Below are positions 43,101 through 57,399 of a stretch of 64,000 nt of DNA, in pieces. The position numbers were made by a program, and so were the translations under genes. This DNA comes from Bigelowiella natans CCMP2755. Its lineage: Eukaryota; Protista; Cercozoa. Where the stretch lies: the NCBI GenBank assembly GCA_000320545.1, contig ADNK01001892.1, positions 1-64,000 on the forward strand, read 5' to 3'. The notes under the pieces were generated by a model, which did not search any database, was not told the origin of the DNA, and was given only the letters and a program-made list of their open reading frames with translations. Every line of letters begins with the position of its first letter. Position 1 is the first letter of the stretch.

Positions 43101-43256
43101 TATTATAAAATTTAGGCATTATCACTATTCGTAATTGTAGAAGCATTACGCGTAGGGTAAATTTTTTTGGATAAATTGCAGATGATGAACCAACTTATGA
43201 TACATGTATGTACATAAATACATATTTATATTTATATTTATATTAATATGGTTGTG

Positions 43257-43297
<41 letters not shown>

Positions 43298-44270
43298 ATT
43301 AATATATTCAAAACTAATTTAATTTCAAAATTAATCATGAAACTGTTGAGTATTTTAATGCCATTCATATTGAGTGAGATCAAAATAATATTCAGAAATT
43401 TTTGAAATTTAATAAAGATGACAATACGTTTGTTGTGTTGAGTGTGTAAATAATGCTTTCATATATATTCTTAAAATCCTAAATTTCAGTCTTAAACACT
43501 TGCTACTTTCACCAATTTCAGGAGGATATATCGTTTCTACAGTTTAATCTCTTCGTTATTTGACCGGTAATAAATCTGGCATGTAGGAGGAATGTAGCAA
43601 AATTCGAAAAATACATACTATAATAATGATTTCTTTCATCCATGAAGCTTGATTCGGAAATGATTGAAGGAAAAAAAGTTAATAATTAAAATTTTGACTA
43701 TATTAGATATCTGGACAGTAGAGATGAAGGCCCTTTGATCATGTCGCATATATATCTTCTCCTTGGCTGCGCGTTGCCTGTTTTCTTGTATTTGCTCATG
43801 GACCATTATAGATCTCCGCTGGAAAGCAATCACATTTGTAAGCTAATTAGGATAATAACCAGATACTTTATAATCGCTAAAACCTTAAATATGATTAATA
43901 AAAGTACAACAATGAATATTTTGATGACTTTTTATAAAAACAAAAAGTAGAATACTATTAATTACACTTTTCAAGCTTCTGTTGTTGAAGGAATATAGTG
44001 GGAAAAATTCTTATTTAGCTACTTTTTTTAGGGTGGACCACGGGACTAACTGGGATAATTTCTCTTGGTGTAGGTGATGCCTTTGCGTCTATAGGTTGTT
44101 GATTTACCTATATTATGCTACACTAAATGAATTATAATTATAGAGGATGAAAGAATTGAATTTTAAAAAATAGAGTTGTAATCGTTTTGTTAGCATCATT
44201 ATATACGAAATTATAATATTACTTATTTCATCCAGAGAGAGATGTATAGAGAAAGACACACATACACACA

Positions 44271-44313
<43 letters not shown>

Positions 44314-44365
44314 AGAAGTAAGTAAGAAAGTGTTCTTTTATGTTTATATTTGGATCTCCTTCTCT

Positions 44366-44399
<34 letters not shown>

Positions 44400-44797
44400 T
44401 CTCTTTGTTTTCTATGCGTGAGTCTGTAAATAATGAGAGTTTGTTTTTACAAAATTAGTTGGAGTAAGTTATGGTTGCCGATTTTTCCCTCAAATTCCGG
44501 GGACTCACAAATCATTTGAAGGAATGATAGGTAAAATATCTCATAATCTGGAAATCCCACAGCTTATTTTAAGAATTAAGTTTGTTAAGTTATGATAAAA
44601 TCTAGAATATCAGAGAATAATGACACTTATGTAAACAATATATTTGATTTCAATTATGTTCTTGAGTTATTCCAAACAACAAATATTTGTCTTGAAACAA
44701 TAATTTTAATTTCTTAAATGTTTGTCTTAAAATAAGAATCTTAAAGTATTGTGCAACAGGAATGGGAACACAACACAGACATACATTTAGACACATG

Positions 44798-44850
<53 letters not shown>

Positions 44851-45099
44851 GTATTTAGTAATTAATTCGTTTATTTATTTATTTTGTTTGCAGCGGGCTA
44901 TGGTTCGATGATTCTAACAATCACTTTTATTTCGGGAATTACTTTGGATAAATTTTCCATCGAAATTGCTTTTGAGGCATGTCATTTGCATGCAATACCT
45001 GCTGCACTTTGTGCATCGTTAGAAGTGTGTACAGACCAGATGGATAACCTATTCCTGCCTACGTTCTATTTTGTTTGGCTAACTCTCTGTTTCTCGTAA
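39005..45099 (+). CDS. DOLK: Dolichol kinase (SEC59/DOLK family), multi-exon
   Basis: C-terminal motifs: STITARK/WYHFLAAIAF (42.6-42.9k), RDEGPLIMSHIYLLLGCALP (43.7k), GIISLGVGDAFASI (44.05k), PGTHKSFEG (44.5k), SLEVCTDQMDNLFLP...FS* (stop 45099). N-terminal exons are less certain: MKTRGRRLLKAAERIIV (ATG 39005), YRPKASTGI, SRSFSRGE (~40.48k). Confidence 0.85.
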
Positions 45100-45775
45100 T
45101 GATGCGTTGAATTATAATATTAATCTTGAAATACATTTGCAAACTGTACAATATTCGCTCTGATTCTTATTATATTTGCACATCCAAGCGGTTAGTACAT
45201 GTAGAAATTTTGCCGGTTTTCTTGCCGTCATGTCATTGTGCATAGCAGTGAGTGCATGAAATTAATTGTGCACGTACAATCAGTGCCAGAGTGGTTCACA
45301 AGGGAGCAGCCTGTACGTAGCTAAACACAACGTGCGCGTTTACGATATGCGTGCACCGCGTGCCGCAAATCGTCGCCACGCCGCCTGTTCCAAATATACG
45401 CAAGATCCATCGAAAAAATCAAAATTTATAGTGATTGTCGTGCATGAAATTACACGCATGCATATGCGCGATCGATGCACACATAAACGTATCCGATCCA
45501 GCAATGTGTGTTACACGCATCACAGTCATGCACCACACATGCGTTCGATCAATCCCTCAATACAAGGGCATACTGTCCACATATATATGTCCACATATTA
45601 ATCGATGAATGACACGTATACTTGGCGCATAGCAGCTGCAGACATGATGCGTTATTTGCCTACGTACGTGGGCACCTTTATTGTCAGTGCGTAATGCAAT
45701 TTGAGCGCGGGTAACACACATGCAGTGCGCTAGCTAGTGCGTACGACACGGACACTTGTTGTTCATGGCAAACAT

Positions 45776-45820
<45 letters not shown>

Positions 45821-45958
45821 TAGCGTTGATGCGTTGATTACGTGCTTGATTGAGACATTGGGTGCAATGCGCTGCAAATGCGACGAAGATTACGTACAAT
45901 GTGAGCATCACAGTTATATATTCTTGCTACACGTGCGTGGTAGTGGGGGCCAAGGATA

Positions 45959-47275
45959 TTAAACCATTGCTTTGACCAGTCCTTTTGGCAAATGTCTCAT
46001 TTCGTCTGTTCCGGCATTACTTTTCCCCTCATCAATTTCCTCCATGAGAATATCCTGAGCTCTGTTATTTGCAGCCGTGCCACCAGGATTACTGGTTGCA
46101 GATTTCAAGAAGCCAGGACTACGAGCAGATGTATTATTGGTGCTTGAAGAAGTTCCAAAGGATTTACTTTTTTTAATTCTGAAGGAGTCCCCACCTGCAT
46201 GTGCAAGATATAGCAAGCATGCCTTTTGACATCTTTGATGTGTATAATATCACACTTAAGTCAACATAATTCACAAACTTATATATGATGATATACCAGC
46301 ATCATTCACTCTTACCTACCTACATCAGACAACTTATGAACGGTTCTGGTTCTACTATGATGGCCTCTTGCTGACGCTTCTACTTTACACTCGACATCAA
46401 CCCCTGTTTGTTGTTGGGTTATCCTTGATCGTGCACCGTTTGAAAAATAGATGTTGCTTGTTCCCCCCCTAGGAATATTGCTACCTACAGCCTTTTGGGA
46501 AATATTATCAATAGGAAGAAAAGGACAATACATGGGAAAAACAAAACAAGTCAATGAAGGAAACAAAAAGACAAAGTTAGGTCCAATATTTTATTCGTTT
46601 ACATAAACAACATTAAATCATAAAAATAATAATATTAATTTGTATATATTCATGGAACCCCGCCTCCTCCGTAAGACGTGTGCCGACTGCTGTGTTTTGA
46701 ATTCTCTCCATATCCAAATAGAGCGACATTCAGTCTCCACTAAAAATAATCATGATATATTAAAGTCAATTTGAATTGATTTCTTAATATCCATTATGTT
46801 GACACATAACTTTATGCTAAATTCAAAATACAAAATATCACGCTATGCGTTGTGATCAATAATTCAGCTTTATTTGTTTGATTGTGGATCCTATACAATC
46901 AGAATAGGAAAATCAGGGATAATAGGACTAATAGGCCCTTCTTTGTACGATTTGCTGGTAACTTAGGAAAGAATACTAATATGTAGAACAAGGAGTCTCT
47001 AACTTAATAACAACTTGCCTTTGTATCTTATCTTATATATGTATTTTTGTTATTATTACCCCGAACATTGTAATCAGCACGATAATAGGAACAAGGCACA
47101 AGAACATAGCTATTATCTGTTGTTTAGTGTGGAAGAAGTGGAGTGTGTATGTGCATGTGTGTGTGCCTCCTATCGAAGCATTAGAATAAGAAGAAGAATA
47201 GAGTGATGATAACCTAGTTAGTCCTTCTGTTGGTTGCTGTTGTCACTTGATGTATATTACTACGTAATGTTTCTA

Positions 47276-47307
<32 letters not shown>

Positions 47308-48980
47308 TTGCCTAATGCTATTACTACTTACAAGGTATTCAACTTCAAATTCATTTCTTGAGTGTTCCCAAAAGATGAGGCTGACACCTACAGCACCTCC
47401 AACTATCATCACATATAGAGCCATAGCAAGTTCTTTTGCTTCATTGAATTGCTCAGGAGCCTAATATGTAAAAGGGCATTACTAGTTACCTATTACATAC
47501 GATCAGTACTTGGTAATAACAATATTAGTTGCAATAACAATATGTTTGGTTCTGTGTATGAAATTCCGTCAAATCATCATCATATCATCATCATCATCAT
47601 CATCATATCATCATGAACAACAACAACAACAACATCCGTTTGTTGTCAAAATGAACAGTAGTTTTGGTTGCAGCATCGTTGTTTTTCTACATACATACAC
47701 TTGGACTACTACAGCTAGTGATCATGCTGAAGATTGGTTGCAGATACGAGTTGACATTATTCATAAGAGAAGTTACATCATCTCTCACCTCTCTGGCGTC
47801 ATATGCCAATTTAGTCATCCCTAGCAAGATTACCTGCAATATTTGATGACGACGAAGAGAAGAGAAGAAAGTAAAAAAGTGACAAGAATAAACAAGAGAA
47901 GGAGAAAACAAATAAAGATGGATGATACATATAATATTACCCCAAACGTTGATATCAATACTGTAAGAGCAGCGGGGTGGACCTCACAATGGTGGTAGCT
48001 GGAGAAGGAGGAGGCAAAGAAGATGGAAATAGGAGAATAATGACAAGAAACAATGTTCTCCTATTATTGATCAGCCACTTGAGATATGTATAAACTTTGA
48101 TTCTCAGAAAAATCGTAATAATACCGCAGCATTAGGATAGTGACAGTAGATGTAGTTATTATAGAAATAAGAAACATATCTTCAATTTAAAAATCAAAAG
48201 AAGCATCATGCCTTTGTCACACCAACAATTCGCAACAAGAACTATTTATTGTCATCATCATCATCATCATCGTCATCATCATCATCATTTTTACGTCGTA
48301 CGTTGTAATAACGTTTTCTACGGTTACAATAGTTTCTTGATATTGTGGTGGCTCAGCAACTAAGACACACATGGAAGAAGACTATGATGATGATGATGAT
48401 GATGATGATAAGTTAAAGCCCTCTTCCGTTATGAATCAATCATAAAGTCGTCTTCTTTCTTTCTACTACAAGTATCTTCTATGATTAAAAGAATCAATCA
48501 AAACTATATTTTTTATTTAGGAGGTAGTAGCATAAAGGTTGGAAGTTTCCTCTCACATAGCATCAGCAATTCAACTGTATACATGTGTGTGTATATAAAT
48601 ATCTTCGCAGTATGATCATTCTCGATCACCAGTAATAGAAACTAAGACAATCAAGACAATAACAACCTGGAACATCAACAATGACAACAACAACAACAAC
48701 AGCAATATATTTAAGCATTGAGACAATGATTATTGCCTAATTATTTTCAAATCTGATGTGTGATGCTGGTGCTTAATCCCCTTTGCCTTTTCTCAATGTC
48801 CCTGTCATCATCATCATCATCATCATTGCTGTTTAATTAGTACTCTGGCGCTGTATTTTTATTCTAATACACTAGCTAACTACTATTTGTTACTACAGGT
48901 ATAATTGCATAACGGATCAGCCTAAAGTCCGTTAGTAGGGCAGCGCTCATCGACTAAACAACATTCAATAATAGATACAA

Positions 48981-49016
<36 letters not shown>

Positions 49017-50435
49017 GAGATTTGTAATTATAATAAGTGCTATGTGTATATTATTAACTACTAGAAAATAGTCTCTTTCCTACCTAGATCAGCATTGATA
49101 TCCTACTCTAACTACCACTACTACTAACTACGATTACTAATAAAGGTGCTGCTTGCAAGTATGGAAACACCAGGTACAATGTTTAAAAAAGTTACAAAAG
49201 ATGTTTCGAAAGGCTACTTCTAGGGAGGAAATACTTGAAAGCAGGGTTCCCATTAATAAATTCTATACAGATCAGTATGCTTGATCTATGGTACTACTTA
49301 CCCCTTGATTAAAGAATATCTGGTATATACGGTAGGTCTTTGCACCAAGAGCACCAAGAGCAATAACGAAACCTTCATTGGTTTTATTAAAGGAAGAAAT
49401 TGGAAGTAACGACGGTGCAAATACTACTGATCATAGCGATGTCTAAGATGATGATGATGATGATGATGATGATGATACATTCTGAAGTAGTAACCAATAC
49501 AATGTAGTACACCATCATTTCAGATGATCCTGATAAAATCGTATATTTATTCACAAAAAGGAGGAGAGGAGGAGGAGGAGAAGAAGGTTCTTTGCCATTC
49601 ACTTGTTTGTTCTCCGTTTGGTTGTTTGACGTTATTCATTTTTACCAATCGATGGAACCCATAGCTGTGCCGTACATAGAGAATCTGTAATGTTATTTCC
49701 TCCTCCCATAATTATGTTGGCACCTAGTAGCATAGATCATATTGACATGACGCTATAACTACCACGAATTTTGCATCAACACTGAATATAGTACTATATG
49801 GATAGAATAGTCATCATAATTTGTTTCACTACTTCTACTACATACGCACTCGAGATGACAAGCATGCAGCCAAGAACGAAAAGAATGGAATAGCTCATTG
49901 ATATAGCTTTGATCTGAAATGATGAACATTACATAAAACCACCGTTAAATCAATCAATATATGATGAAGAAAACGTAATCAAGGAAAGCAGTTATTTGTA
50001 GAATAAACAATGAAAGAATTTAAAGTAGTAATATGCTGGTATGCGAGAGATTTCTTGTGATATAAGGATGCTGCTGACCATTTGATGCTCTCTCTTCAAA
50101 ACAAGGAGAGCACAAATTCCAGTAGAAATAAAAAGGCCTGAAATAGCACGTATTCCCACCGTAACCCCCCAGCATACACAAATAAACGAACACATATATA
50201 TATATCTTCAGAAACAACTTATTGAAATAATGTTAGATTATGTTTAATATAGCTATGCACGCATATCATATATCGTCACCGTATCAACCTCTAGTCTGTA
50301 TAGAAGAATATGATATCAAAGGGGTGTTTAGTGATGTTCTATTACAAATCGTAGAAAGAATAGCAATTCCTAGCCGATTTGATGCCGAGACATACCAGTC
50401 TTTGTACTCTGGAGCCTAATACGGTGCATATTATC

Positions 50436-50475
<40 letters not shown>

Positions 50476-51917
50476 TATATATAGATATAAATATATACAT
50501 GGAGCTGACATCATACGTGATGTGAGATGTAATACTGCCAGAAATACAAATATAGCAAGCATAATGCTGATGCTTCGTCCAAAATAGCAGGTAAAGATGC
50601 TACTGCTACTACCACCTGGAAAGTGTTAGATATCCAATTTGGCCATGTTGTTGTTTTAGTCCCTGAATCAGTAGTGGTAGTGATCAGTAGTACATATTTA
50701 TAACTGTAACTATCGGAACGAAGAAGGAGAAGGTTGATAGTATTGGTGTGAGCATTGTATAACATATATATATATATATATATATATATTGATACATATT
50801 ATACTAAAGGTTTTTACAACAATAAAACAATAAATACAACAACAATAAAAGGTACTTCTATTCCAATGTACTTAAGATAACGTTAGTTATTATGATAATA
50901 TGCAACAACAACACTGTATTATTATTGTTATCTATCTAAGGTATTGGTACATTACTTACCTATCCATTGACACGCAATGTCGTACATGTCTAATGACGAA
51001 TTGCTTGCTTTTTGCAGCAAATCATCCTTCAACACAACACCGCATAGTAAAAATTATGTGAAGCTGAATCAAATTAAATTTGCTATAATTTCTATTTATG
51101 ATAATTATTGTCAGTCAAGATCCGCAATCTTCACCGTGTTCAATTTGAATGATGAAGAGAATTATGACTAACGTGCATTTACAGTATTGGTAGTAGTAGT
51201 TGTTGTTGTTGTAGTAGTAGTACCATCTCGCTTTGGAGAATGTTCAATCGACGAAGAAACGAGCCTTGGAAGAAGGACCATTATTCAACCATGTTGATGA
51301 TAGAGGAAAATAATAAATTTAAGAAATAAAGAGAAAATAAATAGCATATATACTGGAGAGGAAGGTCAAATTTCCCCAAGAAAAAGGAATATATAATGAA
51401 GCTATTTATTGTAAATATACACAGGATATCTACATAAGATATCTACACAGGACATACACAATTTTCGCCTATAACACATAGCAGCAAAGCAGTTGTTAAA
51501 AAATAGCTTTGTACTATTTGTTGTAGTCTTAGTGTACTACATGTAGTAGTAGTAATAGTAGTAGTAGTAGTAGTAGTAGTACCAAAATCATGGTATGGAG
51601 AGGATGAGGAAGAGGGCATGACCCTGTAGTTAGAAGTCGTCAATATTGAGAAATTAGGAGATATTGATCATGATGATTATGATGATTATGATGATGAGAG
51701 AATATTAGTAGCTTTGAAGAAATCCAGCAAATTGTTATCAAGAGCAGACAAGAAGGATGTAACGTAATAGATTGTCACATGTACTAGTCATTGTTAGAGA
51801 GTCGTCGTCATTATGATTCAAGTTGGAGATAGTACTTCAATCAATGCATTATCATATATTGTTTCACGCAGAAGATGAGAGACACAATTTTTGTTCTTAG
51901 CCATTGTGACAATATTA

Positions 51918-51953
<36 letters not shown>

Positions 51954-52322
51954 TGGTTGATGTATACAAGAAGTAGTTTATATGTACTGTACTATCATTA
52001 TTATATTTCCCCAATGTCAGTCAGTCATCACAAACAACAGCACATATATAACAATCGTGATACACATTGCAACCCTACTACTACTAGTGAACAACATCGT
52101 CGTTATGTCTTCATTTTGTGGTCATACTTTGGAGAAGCAACTTTTCGTAGAGAAATCTGTGGGTAATCACAATCTACACTTCCATCTCCAGCGAGAGAGT
52201 TTGTACTAAGAAGTAGAACCAAAGAACATATCAATTTTAAAACATTTTGCTACCATCCTCTTTCTTTTCTTTCACTACTGAGTTAACTTAAAGCAGCACT
52301 TATTAAAATCTATATATCTTCA

Positions 52323-52363
<41 letters not shown>

Positions 52364-54937
52364 TCTTCATAGAACGATGAGAGCATTTAGAAGCAAACAA
52401 TGAGACTACTAATACACACAAGGTTGATTTAGTTGATCTTACTTATTGCTGTAGCACATTTGGGTGTATGGTGGTAGTGATAACCGACTCAGCTGTTCAT
52501 TCAATGGTAATTGTGATGGTGGCGGTGAAGGTTATGGGGGGGAAAAGAACAATGTAGATAATCAAACGATGATACTAATAGAGACATATAATATTTCTCT
52601 TAAGGTAAGTTTGAGGCTCAACAACTAGCAAGCTTTATCGATTGCACTTAATTAAAGTAAAGATGTAGGAAGAATGCAAAGGTAACCAATAATATTTGTT
52701 ATTGATAGGGATAATACAGCACGTAGTAGTACCGAATTAGCTGATATAAACTTTGTAGGCGCCCAGTACTTGAAGATGAATGTTTCATTTTTTGCTAGCT
52801 TACGACTCACATATGTTTCCTTATTTATTTTACCATTATAGGATAGAAAAGGAGGAGGAGAAAAAATAGGAAGAAGAGGTGGGGGAAGGGAAACAAACAA
52901 CAAATATGAGTATCATGAATTGTTCCCGGCTGCTTCAGGATATGATGATAACTGTTACTACTACTACTACGCACTCATGGCACAGCAGGGTCTCCGATGC
53001 TTCTTCATGTTTGCTACTTCTCACAAGTGTTTTGTTGTTAGTCACAATTAGCATAGAATGCTGGTGCTATATCATCAACACCGTCGTCTTAACTATCATC
53101 ACAATCATGATCATCATCATGACACAAAGCCGAACTATCATTATTAAATTCATCGTCATCATCATCATAGTACCAAGCCAGAGATTCCCCAGTAGGAAAC
53201 CGTTAAGTTCAGTCCTCGATTTACGATAACCTTGATGATGATGATAATCAATAAGATACAACATCAACAGTGAAAAGGAAGAAGAAGAAGAAGTAGAAAA
53301 AGAAGAAAAAGAAGTTCTTGTGCGAATAATAAATCAGACTGCTCACTACTCCATCGATAGATAGTCCTTTATCGGTACTTTGTTGTTTAATTATTATCTC
53401 CGTTACTATTACCACTACTATTATTACTACTACTACCACTACCCAATAATACTACTACTACCTGATGCAACTGCCCTTTGTCATACGTCTCAATCTCGGC
53501 CTACAACAACATACAAACAATCATAATAATAGAAGCTTGGCGAGGACATAACGAGAATAGATCAAAGAACAACTTAAGAATTTCTTGTTCTTGTTCTTCT
53601 CTTCTTTATCTATAGTAATAGTATAAGGAAGATAATCCTCATGTTAATCAATATCTTTCAACAAATAATATCAATAATCCTCATGTTAATCAATATCTTT
53701 CAACAAATAATATCAATAATCCTCATGTTAATCAATATCTTTCAACAAATAATATCAAACGGAAACCTTGATATCGGCACAGTTACTTCCTGATCCTAAT
53801 GGATTGAATGTGTTGTAGAAGTAAAGAATGAGGATGTTATCACCACACAAACTAAAAGACCAACACAGTAATAGTAGTAGTAGTAGTATCAATGCACTAA
53901 TGATTCATTATAATGGGTAGAGATAATAACAATATTCTACACACGGATGATGATTATGCTTTGTGTGATATTATCTTCTGCTGTTGTACCCTAATCGTGT
54001 TTCATCATATTGTTACTATTGTTACTAGCATTCGTGTATGCTTGTCGATGTTAGTACTACTAGTACTTCAATTACCATCTACGTTCCACGAGTTGCACCA
54101 AGGCGGGGTGAATCGATATCTTCATCAACATTGACACATAATAAGCAGCAGGGTATAATAAGCACAGCAATTACACTATCATCATCATTAAGGACTATTA
54201 GTCATCCTACTACTACTGCTTCAGCATCATCAACATCATCATCATCATCATCATCATCTTCATCATCATGATCACTACCACCACCTCTACCACCCCATAT
54301 CCACCTAATAGGAACTCTTACCTTTCAGAAAGTCCGTGAACAATATCGGTGTCATTTTGGGTAGCGTACAGCTGAATTACCTAGCTCAAGCACACAACAA
54401 GCAGACAGTAGGGATATGTTGTGATATCATCAAAAACAGTCGGATGAATGTACAGCATCATCATTATGATCACCAACACCATAATCTATATGATTTAAGC
54501 TATTATTACTACTACTGCAACCTACATGGATTGCTGATTCAACTTATGTATTTTAATTTACTTCAATTGAATACTTTGATGATTAGTGATAGCTTCTAAT
54601 GCTACTACTACTTCTACAACTACTGTTACTAATACTATTATACCTCAGGGATTTGTAAGCTCCTCCAAAAGTCACTGCTCTCCGCAACGAAGCTAGCATA
54701 ATCCGCGTTCCTGGTAATAATACATAGAAATACTGTAAATGTACTCTTTCAAAAGAGTAAGCTTCTCTTTTAAAATTTTCATTTTATTTAAGGTTCAAAT
54801 ACTGGTTTACATCTCATTTGACTATTGTACTTCCAAACAGTTGCTAGGTTATACAATAATCAATTTTGTCAGCTCTATAATTCTTACTATCATCCCAATT
54901 CAGTGCGTAAGCAGCATATCCGCTACTACTATGTATG

Positions 54938-54972
<35 letters not shown>

Positions 54973-55022
54973 CGTATGCATGCACTACTACTACTACCAC
55001 TACTAGTGATGATAGGGCTGTT

Positions 55023-55059
<37 letters not shown>

Positions 55060-55138
55060 GACCCAAGTGATGATAGGGCTGTTTACTACTACTTCTACTA
55101 CTACTACTACTACTGAACCAAGTGATGATAGGGCTGTT

Positions 55139-55172
<34 letters not shown>

Positions 55173-55329
55173 GACCCAAGTGATGATAGGGCTGTTTTGT
55201 AGACGTCGGAGCTGTAAGTCGGCACATATAGTCCTGATCGTCCTTGGTATCCCATAAACCTTTTATAATAGTTAGAGTATAGTGGTAACACGTTAAATAA
55301 TCGTGAGGATGATCCTACATCATCGTTAC

Positions 55330-55361
<32 letters not shown>

Positions 55362-56512
55362 CCAACATGATGATAAGAGTTGGTGTTAGTCTATGGTGGT
55401 GATGGTTTGTTTTAAATGATTACCCAGCATCGATGACAGAAGCGTCAGTATTAATATACTGGGATACGTCATTTTGGTACAGATCAATCTAATATATGGA
55501 TGGAAGATGATAGAGGAGGAAAAAGAGACAGGGAATACAACAACGGAAGGGATAGTAAGTAGTACAAGAAGAATGAGTACCATTCTCTCTCTGTTTCATT
55601 TTAAAAAAATATTATTTATATAAGTTTTATACTAGATAAAAGAATGAGATGGACTTTTTTTGGTGGATTAATGAAATCATTAGATGTGTTGATGATATAC
55701 TTTTCTAAACAATATAAATTGGTGAAAGATTTATCAGTATTTATTACCCAAAACTCCACAAGAACATCGCTTGTACCGATGGCAAGTCTATCGAGTGCAC
55801 CAAATCCGCTCGAGCCGCATGACCACTCAATCTTTTGTTGTCAGATAATAATACGAAGGCGACAAGAACAATGACAAAAGTATGTTAATATTTATAGATT
55901 AAAGGCGATATTGATTAACAAGATATTTATCAGCAATGATGATAACGATGATGATTGACATCTAGAATGTGAACAGAGAAGAGGCTAAGAAGAATACGTT
56001 TGCATCAAAACATTAAGGGTTACATAAGTGAGGAAAAACTTGAGTAATCACATCAAATCCCAGTGCTTCTTTAGTCAAGATTGCTCCGATGAAAGTTGCA
56101 ATTTGTTGTGACGGCCAGGTTTGAATCTCAAATTTAACTCCTCCATTGGTACTACTACTACTTCTCCCAGAACTTGGGGTAACACCAAGTGACTACAGCG
56201 TAAGTTATTATAGCAATACAAATTAAATGCGGATCTCAACTTAGTAGATTGCTCACACATAGAGACATAAACATAAATAAAATCCAAATACAATATCTAT
56301 TTTCCTCGTATAAAGATCCTAACAAAGGTCTAAATTACTTCAATATACAAAAAATACCGTGAGCGAGCTAGCTGATAGGCAGTGAGAGGTTTGAAACTTT
56401 GATATGAGATTATTCTAGTAATATCATTCCATTCGTTGTCAGATTGGTCATGCAGGTTATCATTATATTCGCCTATTACACAAAACACCCACAGAAATAT
56501 GTATAATGTATA

Positions 56513-56584
<72 letters not shown>

Positions 56585-56809
56585 GCAATTGAACACAAGC
56601 ATAACCTGAGAAGTCCCGCACGAACCAGCTACGGAGGGTACTAATTTTGGGATGAGATGATCCCCATTAACAAGCATCAGCTCTTCACAATAGTATTTCA
56701 TATTTCTATGCATTGTATTAATTTATTGAACAATAGTACGACATAATACGGCACATGGTAGAGCATGCCACCTACGATTTAGAGGAGGGATGCACTCTAA
56801 TATAATATG

Positions 56810-56840
<31 letters not shown>

Positions 56841-57263
56841 TATCTGGTATGTAAAGTTGCAATTCCTTAACCACACTACCTGTACAGATGAGAAGTAGAA
56901 AGGTTTCTAACATCTTTGATGTTCGTGAGACGTCAGTAGTAGTTCTATGGACGAAAATGTGGAGGGGGTGGGTGGAAAGCAACTTTGTCTGAACAAATTT
57001 GACCTGTACAGGTAGTCTCTGACTACCGTTATCACCATGATCTAGTTTGATGATTGATTGATAGGTTTTAGTAGTCCATGGTATTCCTCCCTATCGTTAC
57101 GTGAAGAGGCCCGTGTCAACATCAATATTAACAACATCATCCTGAATGGAGTGGTGATGATGATGGTGCTCTTTTTTGACGACGCAATTGAAGTTACACA
57201 GTGTGTAACGCCTGCATTGTTACGAGTACTGGAAGAGTACGTACTCATATGTGCTTGTCGCAT
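45959..57263 (-). CDS. Class C-type (GABA-B/7tm_3-like) 7TM receptor with putative OpuAC-like extracellular solute-binding domain, multi-exon
   Basis: 7TM exons: IRAISGLFISTGICALLVLKREHQM/IKAISMSYSILFVLGCMLV (TM1-2, ~50k), SLCTAQLWVPSI/GFVIALGALGAKTYRIYQIF (TM3, ~49.3-49.7k), LAYDARE/APEQFNEAKELAMALY (~47.4-47.8k). Extracellular exons: GTSDVLVEFW, VIDAG/FMGYQGRSGLYVPTY, DFWRSL, FIFKYWAPTKF, MYDIACQWI. Start and C-terminal tail exons are tentative. Confidence 0.72.
53631..53757. repeat. Intronic tandem repeat, about 3 x 42 bp
   Basis: ATAATCCTCATGTTAATCAATATCTTTCAACAAATAATATCA repeated three times. Confidence 0.85.
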
Positions 57264-57399
57264 CTTGAGAATAGCCGGACAATCTTCTCAATTATCTATC
57301 AATCATATGTCAAAACATTATTGAAACCTGGAACTGCGACAACAAATAGATCTAACTTTGAATCGGAGAGTCTCGGGAGAGCACCTAGATCTTGAAATA

